Source: Amoebophrya sp. A120 (lineage: Eukaryota; Protista; Dinoflagellata). Taken from it: a stretch of 64,000 nucleotides of DNA. Made by a program: the position numbers and the translations under genes. The stretch spans positions 15,748,142 through 15,812,141 of the forward strand of contig CAJINV010000001.1 of assembly GCA_905178155.1 (NCBI GenBank), read 5' to 3'. The first letter of the stretch is position 1, and the number at the start of each line of letters is the position of its first letter. This document shows positions 46,130 to 56,789 of this stretch, one piece after another. Below the pieces are notes generated by a model. It saw nothing but the letters and a program-made list of their open reading frames with translations, made no database searches and was not told where the DNA came from.

Positions 46130-46904
46130 GAAGAAACTTTTGTTCTCAAAATTTCAATTTTTTGACGACCAAATGTAACAAAACACTCGCAGCTGCAGTC
46201 GTTTTTAGAGGTTTTGGATCACCGATACCGAGACAAAGCGCAGTTCCATGCCTTCTGACCCAGCTTTGGTGAAAAAGAAAGAAGTTGATCGCAAAAAGAA
46301 AAAATGGCGAAAAGCAACAAGGATAATGTATGCTGAAGATCCTTCGCAAACGAGATCACACACGACGCCTTAACAACTGATAAGGACCAATGACAAGAAC
46401 GAAGTTACACCCAGGCGTCGTTCGGTATCAAAGACACTGCAGCGGAGCACGATTTTTGGAACACATCAGGTCCTGTTAGCCAAAGGCTGTCAACTTCTAA
46501 TGAGAAGCATTGATTGGAAGTAGATTTCGTGATTATTGAAAAACACCACCCTGCCAATATCGCTTTGTCCTCCGTGCAAGGCAATGAAAATCTGCAATCC
46601 TCAACAAGACATCCGGGATTCTTTCTCATTTGCACTGTGGTCAACACGGTTGAGCACAGCGCAAATGGAACTGTCTTTTCGTTTTCAGATTTCAGCTTCT
46701 ACCTAGTTCTAGTTCTATTCGTCAAATTTTATCCTTAAAACCGGTGCACGAGCGGAGAAATTGAAATTCCATTTTTTTCGCGTGTCGCAGATCCGAGCGG
46801 GACGCCACCATCTCTCATCTTTGTGCTCGCGAAAAGGACACGGCGTGATGAAAAAAAAAAGTAAAAGTAGGTGCTGTAGTCCTGCTCCGGCGGGGGTTCC
46901 TTCA

Positions 46905-47928
46905 CTACACTTCTCCCTGCTGCCCACTGCCATTTTTCAGTAACTGTTGCCGCAGGACGTCGCGCTTCGCTTTGTCGGCTTGAGTAATTTTCGGTTGCAG
47001 CTTTCGTTTCGTGAAAACGACCAAGAAAAGCGGAACGATGGTGCCAACAAACACCTTGGCGGACGGATGGTCTTTCTTGCCGAGCCACGAGCCGGCCAGA
47101 GAGAGCGCAAAATTTACGGCGATCACGATGGTCCACAGGCCCTGAATTTTCCACATCGTGCGGTCAAACGACGCTTTTATTTCCGGGCCGTGCTGCAGTA
47201 TGAGCTCGTACTTCTCCCTCGTCATGAACTCGTACGCGTAAGCCAGCACAAACGGTTTTCCCAAGCAAAACGTCACGCCCGAGGCTAGCAGCAGTGCCAC
47301 ATTCGGGAGGGGCCCGAGAAGCGACTGCGCAACCGACACGGAAATCGTGTGTGTCGCGATGAGAACGATATCAAATGCAAAAATGTCTGGGTCTGGAAGA
47401 ATGCAAGTTTGTCATGCGTGTCTGGCATGACTCGAGAATCTGTGTTGCATAGGCACGAAAGAGCCCGGTTAACTGTCATGCGAAAAGGCAGTTTGCCATG
47501 TGGAATACGTAAGACATGGCAGCCACAAAATTTGTCATGCATAGCTGCGTCTTGCGGCGCCTCTATCATTCACTTTTAGCATTACAAGTTTCCAGACCCA
47601 GACACTTTTACATTTGATAAACGACCTTGGAGAGCAATAGGAGCCAGTTAATCACGGTAGGGATTTTCGGCCAGATCGCTGGCAGTTTTTCGACGTGTTT
47701 CCGGCGGCGCACAAACACAAAGTCCACGGCTAAGTCGACCGTAGCGAGCGCCAGAAGCACAAAGCCCGTCCCTACGAATTGCTTGTCCGTCAAATCGCAG
47801 AAGCTGAGGAAGAAACAAAGCACAAACGGCAGGGCAGTTAGGAGAAGGCGCACCACTTTGGTACACTTAGACGCATTTCGTGCGGAGCCTGGAGGGCCCG
47901 AAGCTACGGGTTGCACTACTGCCCGCAT
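46905..47928 (-). CDS. Multi-pass membrane protein of unknown function, interrupted by introner A2
   Basis: Hydrophobic ORFs 47608-47928 and 46905-47339 fuse (LLSKVV|LIATHTISVSVAQ) on removal of 256 bp. May have an upstream exon near 48039-48239. Confidence 0.7.
47369..47619. mobile_element. Introner/MITE family A, copy 2 (30-bp TIR, 5-bp TSD AACGA)
   Basis: TIRs match at 28/30; AACGA at 47364-47368 and 47620-47624; internal similarity to 2780..3020. Confidence 0.9.
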
Positions 47929-48388
47929 GGCTTCTGACCCTGAAGATAAGGACTTTATTTCTGCTTTTCGCTACAGGTCTCTTCTTTACAGGTGTTCTCA
48001 CGGCTGATGATGATCGACGATGAAAAGACTATTTCGATTTACTTGTTAGCATGTGTTGTATGATCAGGAACCACTGATTTGTGCAGGACCACGCAATCAT
48101 ATTTCAACAATGAACAACTGAGTGGCTGCTCGAGATCATGATGCTCCTGCTTTACGCGTCGTGGCGAAATACTCAAGTAAGGCTCGTCTGGATTGTTCTC
48201 GTCAACCACACTTTCGTGTTCGTCGCGTTTGCTTTGCATTTTTTAGCATTTGGCTTTATCTCGCGCTGTAAAACGCACAGCAATGGAATTCCAAGGACAG
48301 AAAGAAACCCAATCCATCGCAGCATTGGCTCTACTTATTTGCGCTGGTACACCGAACTAGCACGTCGCTCGCGCATGAAGCTGAGTAC

Positions 48389-51070
48389 TCACGTTCCGAA
48401 GAGCCGGTCGAGCGCCCGAGAAACGTCCCCATTGACTTCATTCAGAATCTGCACACATCGCTCCTCATCCTCGAAGCCCATCGCACGAAGCTGTCCTAGT
48501 TGCGTGGCGTAGGTTTCCCGCGGATTGGCGACGACCCCGCCGCCGAAGGCTCCGCCTGCTCCTCCGAAGCCACCAGCGCCTCCGCCCCCGAGCAACATTT
48601 GCAGCAGCGCGTCCTGCTGGTTGCCGCCCATCGCTCCGCCCCCGGGTGGAGCACCGCCGAACATCGCAGCGAATGGATTCGGCGCGGCCGGGTTCAAGGG
48701 CGAGGTACCCGCACCGACTCCCGGAGTCGGGAGCAGTGGAATTTCGCGCTGGCCGGATTCCACGTTCTTCAGAATATACACTGTGTAGGTGGTGGTTGCA
48801 GCCGCGTCTGCTGACGGTGCAGCATCCGCCGGCGTCAAGTAATCAGCGACGGTTTTCGCCGCGTCGCTCCAAACCGCCCCGTTTCGTATCAACCGCACGT
48901 AAACCCTGCGGAAGTTCACCAGGGGCTCGATCTCGCCCTTCAGGTCGCGAACCGTGGTTGTCTTCTTGCAGATGTGAAAAATGGTGCGCTGCTCGTATTT
49001 CAGCTCTAGTTTGAACTCATCGGAAGCTGGATCCCGGGCGGCGGCCGCGGTGCTGCTCGCGGTAGAGGACGTCGCGCCACCCGCCTGTTGCAACCCTGCG
49101 AACAGGTTCGCGAAAGGGTTCGCGGCTGCAGCTCCTGTGCCTGGGCTGCCGGCGGCTCCCCCCGCAGCTGCTCCAGGCATAGCTGGTGGAAACCCGCCCA
49201 TGGGAAAGAACGGGTTTGCGCCTGGGGTAGAAGAAGATCAAAGGCGATTCGATACTTATTCCATCAGTCAGAGTCAAAGCTTTTTGAAATTCTTGCACTC
49301 CACTTTCATCTTTGTCCTTCTGTGCGCGCAGAAAGCTATAGCTTTATTTTCAAAGGGCATGAACACGACCTCTTGCGTCCAAAAAATCATACCTCCTGTG
49401 GGAGCGGCGCCGCCACCCATCGCCGGAAACCCGCCAAAAGGCATTCCAAGCGCAGGTGCTGCACCGGCACCTAAAAATTTGAGAAGGATTAAAATCAACT
49501 CGAAAACGTCAGAGGCAAAACCGTTTGTTCAGCGACGACACGGCACCACGCAAAAAACAACGAGAGAAATTCGCAAAAGTCAACTATACCTGGTGGTCCT
49601 GCTCCAGCGGCTCGACTCGTCGGTCCGCCAGCTGCACCCGCGTTGCGCGATTGGTCGAAGGGGTTTGCTAGTGGTGCGGTCGGAATCTCGTCCTGGGAAT
49701 ACCGATTTGGGTTAGTATTCGAGGCGGAGCCGGTTGTGGAGCCGTCTTGTGCGCCCGAGCCACTCATTGAATCATACAGGGGATCGACCATCTCCGTATG
49801 TAACCTGTAAAAGCAATTGTACATTCTCGCTAAGTATCAGAGGTGGACTGCTCATGTATGTAATATGCGTGCTTTCGAGAAACCAACTTCGAAGGAGCTC
49901 GCTGATGAATGTTGCCTGGGACAATGAACAACAAGAGCATAGTAGACCCCAAGTAGTACCTTCGCAGCGCGTCTTCGCCTCCGGGAATGGTGTTTAGCTG
50001 CGCCATGCCGCGGTCCGCCGACCGCATCATCTCCCGCATCAGGGCAGGATTGCGCATGGCACGCATGGACTGCTGCATGGTTTCTGGATCCTCCAGGATC
50101 CTCCGGATGTCCGGGTTTTGTTCGCACAGCTGCTGCAACTGTGGTACAATTGGAAGAAGTTCAAACATGATGCAAAAGACTTCATCTGTCTACTACTTAA
50201 TTGTGCCCGCGTTATCATCTCATTCCTTCCTCGCGCAAGAATTTATCGTGGCCACTAATAGAACAGCAAGCACAAGTGCTACCTGCGGATTCATCTGCAG
50301 CATCATTTGCATCATCTCCGGGCTATTCATCATCGCTTCCATCATGGGGGAGTTGTGAAAAGGAAAAAAGCTTGGGCTTGGAGGTATGTATTGTTCCGTG
50401 TGGTCCACGCACCAACTAAGTACAACTCCACCTGTGCGCGATGGCAACTCGACTAACCAGTACAACTGTGCGCGTGAAATCATGCACAACTCGACTAATC
50501 AGATACGCATACAACATTTGCCGAAAGCGATCTTATATCAGCACCGAACGCCCTCCGAACATGCAACTGTGCGTGACGCATCCACAATATGACCCCCATT
50601 TTATTTGTGCGTGCAACCTACAAAGTCTTGAAATAAATAAATTTCACCGAAAGCATTCCGCCAAGTTAATACAATGCAAAACAAATCACCTACAACTACT
50701 ATTACACCTCCAAGCCCGGTGCGGTAAGATCTCTGCCTCTGCCACTTTCATACTTATTGAGCAGCTGCGCCATCATCTCCTCTTGCGGGTTCGACTGCGG
50801 CAGGACTTGCGAAGCGGCGGACGGCGCCGCGGCCTGGCGGTATTCCAGACAGTGGATTGTCGCAGATTCCGACACATTGTAGTGCGCCAACGGATAGTTG
50901 TTTTCGAAAACGCGCCCCTCGCAAACCAACCGTATATTCTCGGCCGCTAAACCGACCTGCGTTGCGATATCCTGCTTAAACTCCAGTACTGTGATGGCGC
51001 TTGGATCCGCCACCTCTTTTTCGTGCATTTGCACCGCGCCGTTGCGCACCGCCTTGATTTGGAGCTTCAT
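48389..51070 (-). CDS. Ubiquilin/Dsk2-like protein (UBL-STI1-UBL-UBA), six exons
   Basis: N-terminal UBL (TVLEFKQDI...IRLVCEGRVF...TIHCL), STI1-like MMNSPEMMQ / RNPALMREMMR / NTIPGG, C-terminal UBA (YATQLGQLRAMGF...NGDVSRALDRL). Confidence 0.88.
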
Positions 51071-51876
51071 GATGAACTAACACCAGTTTGTTGCCCACTT
51101 CTAGGCCAGTTTTGCAGCCAGCCTCTCTCTTTCGTCGGGAAGCAAATCCAGTCGACCTTGTTGCTGATTGATCACGATACGGCTGTTTGGTCGATTCAGG
51201 CTATGTGGACAAGTGGGACACCATCGACATGAGTGTTCTAGTTCTACTTCATCTCGCTGCAATCAAGAACATTATAGAACATCGATCATGCGGCAATTTT
51301 GTTTCTGGGACAAGTCACATAATTAGTTTTCACCTGAAGCGATGTAGCTATTGGAAGTGCTACTACATGTAAATTGACAAAAAGAAAAACGTGCTACGCC
51401 TACGGGAAAGAAAACCTTCATTGACAAAAAACAAACTGTAAATTGACGACTTCGATTCATTCATACATGTCGACAAAGGTTATCTTGAAGTAAAATGCAA
51501 GAAAAATTTTGCCTTTTTCACTCGCGGCGTTGGGTCTATCTCGATCAAAAAAACATGGAGTTGCCACGGCCCTTTTGCTTTGCTTGTTTCTCCGCTCGAG
51601 TTCTCTTGGTCTTGGCCCTCAGTTCTTTTGCATATCGATATCGTATCTTGGTGTTGAAAAGTAAAAGATGAAGGTTTGCAAATGCAAGCTAATGTGGACG
51701 AACACGAGGCTAAAACTCAAAAAAAGAATGGAGGTCCTTTTACAAATGCAGGTGCTTGCAGCAGACCCGTCATTCTTTCTTGCTTGTAGTTCTACTTCAT
51801 CATACAGCTGCAGATGGCAGAAAAAACTTCTCACTGCTCGACTTAGATTATGCCAAATATAGCCGCCGGGGCGGGG

Positions 51877-52579
51877 GTAGTGAGGTCGTGGGCGTTTTCT
51901 TGCCGGCCGTCGCCTTGGCCGCGGCTTTGCTTTTTCTGGGCTCGCCATACCGCCGTGAGTAACGTTAGGCCGCACGGTATGGCGGCCGCTTGGTAAGCGT
52001 CGCAAATTTTGGCAAATTTCCGAAATTCCTTTCCGAAAGCCAGTCCCCATGCTATGGGGCCGATCCGGGCGCCACGGGGGGCGTCCAAAAAGCGACGAAA
52101 AATCGGGCCCGTAGCATGCGGATTGGCTCTGCGCGTCTGGCGCGCTTTTTCTTTTTTGCGTCTTTATTTTTCTCGCCGGCGCTTTTTGCAAAGCCTCCCA
52201 GGCTCTGAAACCGGCGAAAAGGCGGCCGCTTTCGCGGCCGCCCAAAATGCTCCAAAATCGCGGCCGTGCCATGCTGTTTCGCTGTTCTGATTTTGGGCGA
52301 GTTTTTTGCGCGCCCCTTTTTTGGCGGCCCAAACCGCCAGAAATCAAGGCGGCGGGCGCCTCAGAAGGGCGCCCCTTTTGCCGGCTCCCCTGCGTCGTTT
52401 TATCAAGTGCGAATCGATAGTTTTCGACCGGGCTTGTTTGACTTCAAAGCCCCGCCCGCTTGATAATTGGAAATTTTTTATGTCAAAAAACGCTTCCGGC
52501 CGCTTGAAAACTGACGGCCGTTTTGCTGTCTGGCTGTCAAAAAAACTCCCTGGTTAGAACCGTTCGGTGACCTCACTAC
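51877..52579. repeat. Intergenic GC-rich, hairpin-rich segment bounded by an 11-bp inverted repeat (candidate MITE)
   Basis: GTAGTGAGGTC (51877-51887) / GACCTCACTAC (52569-52579); internal hairpins such as GGCGGCCGC-tttc-GCGGCCGCC (52221-52242); no TSD found. Confidence 0.5.
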
Positions 52580-52843
52580 ATACAAGCGCATTTCGAGATG
52601 TCCGTTAAAAATTCCATGCCCCAGGCCCTGGGGCTGCGGAAACTTTGCTTGCTCTTTCCTTGGCCATCTTGAAAGAACCCTTCTGGATGACATTCATCGC
52701 ATTCAATCTTTCATCAATTATTCGGAGACAACATCCGTGCTGTATTTCAACAACTTGAGCGCAACCATTTTTGTGTTTCTAGGAAAAGGAATACGTGAAT
52801 CAATAAAGAGAACAACAGGATCCGTGCCCTTCTGTTCCCTCTA

Positions 52844-55800
52844 CTACACGTTGGTGTTCCACGCGATTTCGTACTCAGTGGCGCCTGACTCGACGAGTGC
52901 TTTCTTCACCCTTTTGAGCTTGAATTTTTCGCCGACGGCCGTGCCCGCAAACTCCACCATCTGCCACCCGACCTTGATGCCTTGCTCGTCCGCTTGCCCG
53001 CCCGGCTCCACCGTTTTCACCGCGAATTCCTTCGTGAAATCCAAGCCGGCGGACCGGCTCTCGCCGCTCTCCGTAAATATCTGCATTTTCGTCCGCACGA
53101 TGATGGACTCTTTCTTCGCATCTTCGGCGGGGGCAGCAGGTGGTGACACACCACTTTCTGGTGTTTGGAATTCGCTGCCCGTCTGGTGTTTTAGTGGTTG
53201 ATGTGGAATCGAGTCCTGAAAAGCTTGCATGCTCGTTGCGGATCACGCCCATCTACTTGCTTCTAGAACTTAGTAGTTAAAAGCCGAAACATAAAGCACC
53301 TAGCTAAAGCAGACAGTAGAAAGTCAAAGTGCATGGCCATGGTGGTACATCAAACGAGCAACCGCAAAACTTACCTTTGCTGCTGACCCTGGAGTAGCCG
53401 GATCCGCAGCAGCTTCCCCCGCAGCGGCGGCTGCCTCGGCAGCGGCCTTTCTTGCCTGCGCTCTTTCTGCTTTTCGTTTGGCTTTTTCCTCCGCGGCCTT
53501 TGCAGCGTCTTCCTCGGCCTGCTTCTGTGCGGCCTCCTGCTCCGCCTGCTGCCGCGCCGCTTCCTCCTCCGCCGCCTTCTGCCGCGCAGCGGCCCGCTCC
53601 GCCTTCCGCTGCGCCTTTTCCGCCGCGGCCTTCGTAGCTTCCTCGTCGGCGGCCTTGGCGGCTGCAGCCTCCTCTGCGGCTTTCTGCTGCGCTGCTGCTT
53701 GTTCCGCCGCTGCTTGTCTGGCCGCCTCTTCTTCGCGCTGCTTCTGTGCCGCCGCCTCGGCAGGGGCCGCTGCGGCCTTTGCAGCAGCAGCTGCAGCCGC
53801 CGTGTCGTCTACCCCTTGGTCTACCGCCGGAGCTACTGGCGCCTGGTTCTCTCCCTCGCCCTTCTTCGCTTTCATCAACCCTGTCGCCAGGCCGCCTAGC
53901 GCACTTGTACCGCCTTTCTTTTTGCCGACCGGTGTCCCCCGAATCGTCGGCTCGTCTTCCGATTCGCTTGGAACAACGCCGGGCTGCCCAGGTACGTGGT
54001 GCCCGTGCGCCTCCGGATTCTGCAGCACGCTCGCTATTGGGGGCTGCGAGTTGTCGGGCGTGGGCGTGAAACTGACCTGGAACCCTCCCAGATTCTCCGT
54101 GTGCGCAACGGTTTGCGCCTGCTCCGTATGCTTCCACTTGCTTTCCGCCGCGGCGGCGGCGGCCGCGCGTTGCGGATCATCGCCGCCGGGAGCGGCGTAC
54201 ATATCGAAGATGCTTTGGTGCTTGTGCGCCGCAGCCATTCTTGCTGCCGTGTTAGGGTCCTGCAAGTCTATTATTGCCGGGTAGGTCTTCATCAGGGCTA
54301 GCCGACTCTCCTCCATCTTCTTTCTGTGGTATTCCTTCATCTCGGCGTCTGTGGTGGGGCGTTGACAAAGCAGTTATTGCACAATGAATCCGGCCATGAA
54401 TCGCCCTGCATAAGGATAAGCAAAGCAAAGAAGTACGTAACAGTAACAATGCAACGGAAAACACATCAAGTCTTGCACTCACCGAAATCTGTTGCGTTTT
54501 GCAACCGTAGCCGCTTTTGTCGCTTTGCTAGCAGACCCAGAAGGATGAAGAACAGGAGGCCGAACCAGAAAGTGGGCGTGAGTAAGTTGCCGACTTCTCG
54601 AAGGTATAGATCCGTTTCCGCTAGTGGACAGAAAACGCAGCCTTTCTCCTTCAGCGGGTAGTAGGGGACCTCGTACGGAACTCCGACGGAGTACACCGTG
54701 CGTTGCGCTAACCACTCCAAGCTCTGGTGCATCGCCCAACGAGAGTAGCTCAAGAACTGACACACCGGGTAGTGGTGCTCGTACAGCCCGTACATTTCCT
54801 GTTTTGTTGATCATGGTGTCGGTACAACTCAAATTGGATTTCGTACTCGTGGTGAAAAAGGTCAGTAAAACTAAAAACTACTCCTGTACCTGAAAAAAAT
54901 AGTGCGGGGCGGACGGACAGCTATCGGCGTAGAAGGCCGGCGGTACTACCATGTATCCGCTTCCGTCCGGCTGCAGGCAGTCCGCGTACGAACCGCAACT
55001 GTAACCGGATACACCCTTGATTGACTTTACTACGCCGGGCGGAGTGCCTCCTGCATATTGGTCGTTTTCTCCGGCGAGGTACCTTATAGGTGATGTGGTG
55101 AAAAAGATGTGACAATGCCTGCGACAGTAAGAGAAGCGCCGCACTGAGAGATCCTTAAAACAGTGGCTCCCACCGAATGCAAATGACTGCATGCATCCGA
55201 TGATTTTTTGGTAGACCAATAGTACCTTCGCTGCATTCGCGGCAGCGGGTTATGCTGGTCCAGATAGCAGTCACTTCCCCCGGTGATGTCCGCCCACTTG
55301 CTACTGGGGTACTCATCCGCCTGCAGACCGTCCCCAACGGCGAAGAACAGTGTGGCCCGCACGTCGGGGATGTAGTTCTTCGCCCAGTGCGCAATGTAGC
55401 CTCCTTGGCCGATCCCGTGCACCGCGATGCCCATGCTGCAGTCGACTTGCGGAAGGTCCGCGCATAACACTCCGACCGCCGAGTTCGGTCCTTGGAAAAA
55501 ATCCGGCGCCCGGTCCTTCAGCGTGCAGAGCCGGTCGTGCCGAAAATACGTCCACCGCCGGTCGTAGTCGATTTCGGCCGCTACGTAGCCGCGCTGCGCC
55601 ATCTGGAACGCAAATTCCTGCGCGAGGGGCGCCCAGAAATTGTCGCCGGCGGAGGGGATGAGGACGTAGAGGGGGAACCGCGTCCAGTCCGGGGAGGTGT
55701 CGGGGACGTAAGCGTTGATCAGGTGGGGAACTCCGGCTTTCGTCTTGTACTCGAGTGATCGGACGGTTGGTGAGACCGTGTAGATTGCCTTCACGAACCC

Positions 55801-56280
55801 TTTCGATTTTCTACCACTTTCGCTTAGAGTTGAAGTCGAGGAAGAGGAGGATGCCGCCGAGGACCCTGTTATTCTTGATGATGCCCCTTCTTCTAGGAAA
55901 GACGCGGCATGATCTTCCCTGGAGCTTTGGACTATTTGCGCTTGGCTGCCGGCTGCCTGTTCCAGGTTGGAGCGAAGCGGTGTCCTCTCTCGACGAAGCT
56001 GCGCCCCGGTTGAAGAAGCAGCAGCGATAGGTGCATGGCTGGAACTGCCATCACCGTCATGAATGCCGCGCTCCTCGTCCTCTCGACTTGCGTCCGCAGT
56101 GCCAGTGCCGTCGAAACCTACGCCGTTGCTGGGTGCTGGCGCAGTTATTCTACTGTGTTCCTGCAACGCTCCAACCAAAAGCGTCCGCGAACCATCATCG
56201 TCCGGGGAAAACAAAGGCCAAACCACCAACGCCCGGACGGTTACCGCCAGGAGTTTGCGAAGATAGACGGCGAGAAGCAT
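52844..56280 (-). CDS. Single-pass receptor-like protein: alpha/beta-hydrolase-like ectodomain, TM helix, Ala/Glu/Lys coiled coil, PDZ-like domain
   Basis: Exons join in phase across GT-AG introns 55083-55225, 54799-54889, 54349-54482 and one starting at 53374. Motifs AQRGYVAAEIDY, IAVHGIGQGG, TM FWFGLLFFILLGLLA, PDZ-like GLDF...VKTVEPGGQADEQGIKVGWQM. Confidence 0.65.
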
Positions 56281-56789
56281 GTTAACAAACAGTTTGTGTT
56301 CACTTTGATGCGCTTCTGTGCAAACTCTCCATGCTACCGCAAAACGCAATTTTTTGCTATAAGAAACAGAAAGTAGGAACGAATACTGCACCACGAACGA
56401 AGTATCGATTTTTACGCTTCACGGATAAACGAAACCGCTCCCGATAATCGTCCATTTTGAATTTTTCACCAGGACAGGCGCTCGAGTTCAAATAATTGTC
56501 GTCCACTTCAAATAGATCTCTCTCTTTCTTCTCAGCGATATTGCAGCTGCTCGCTTCGCGCATTTTAGCGCAAACGCCCTCTCAAACTCGAAGTAAAAGT
56601 CCTATGTGCCTCTACTATGTACAGTGTTCCAGAGCAATACTGCCTGTCAAGCGCCGCAGGCCATTTTAATGAACGCGCTCTTTTCACGACAACATGGCTT
56701 CGCAAGCATGCAAGGATTGAACATTTGGTACTAAACTATGAAGCAGTGGGCACATCCCGTGCTCCTTCAAACTCGTCAATGTCGTATAC

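Noticed and set aside
53380-53810. TolA-like bacterial gene or horizontal transfer
   Set aside because: Only compositional Ala/Glu/Lys similarity; the segment is an exon of an intron-containing eukaryotic gene.
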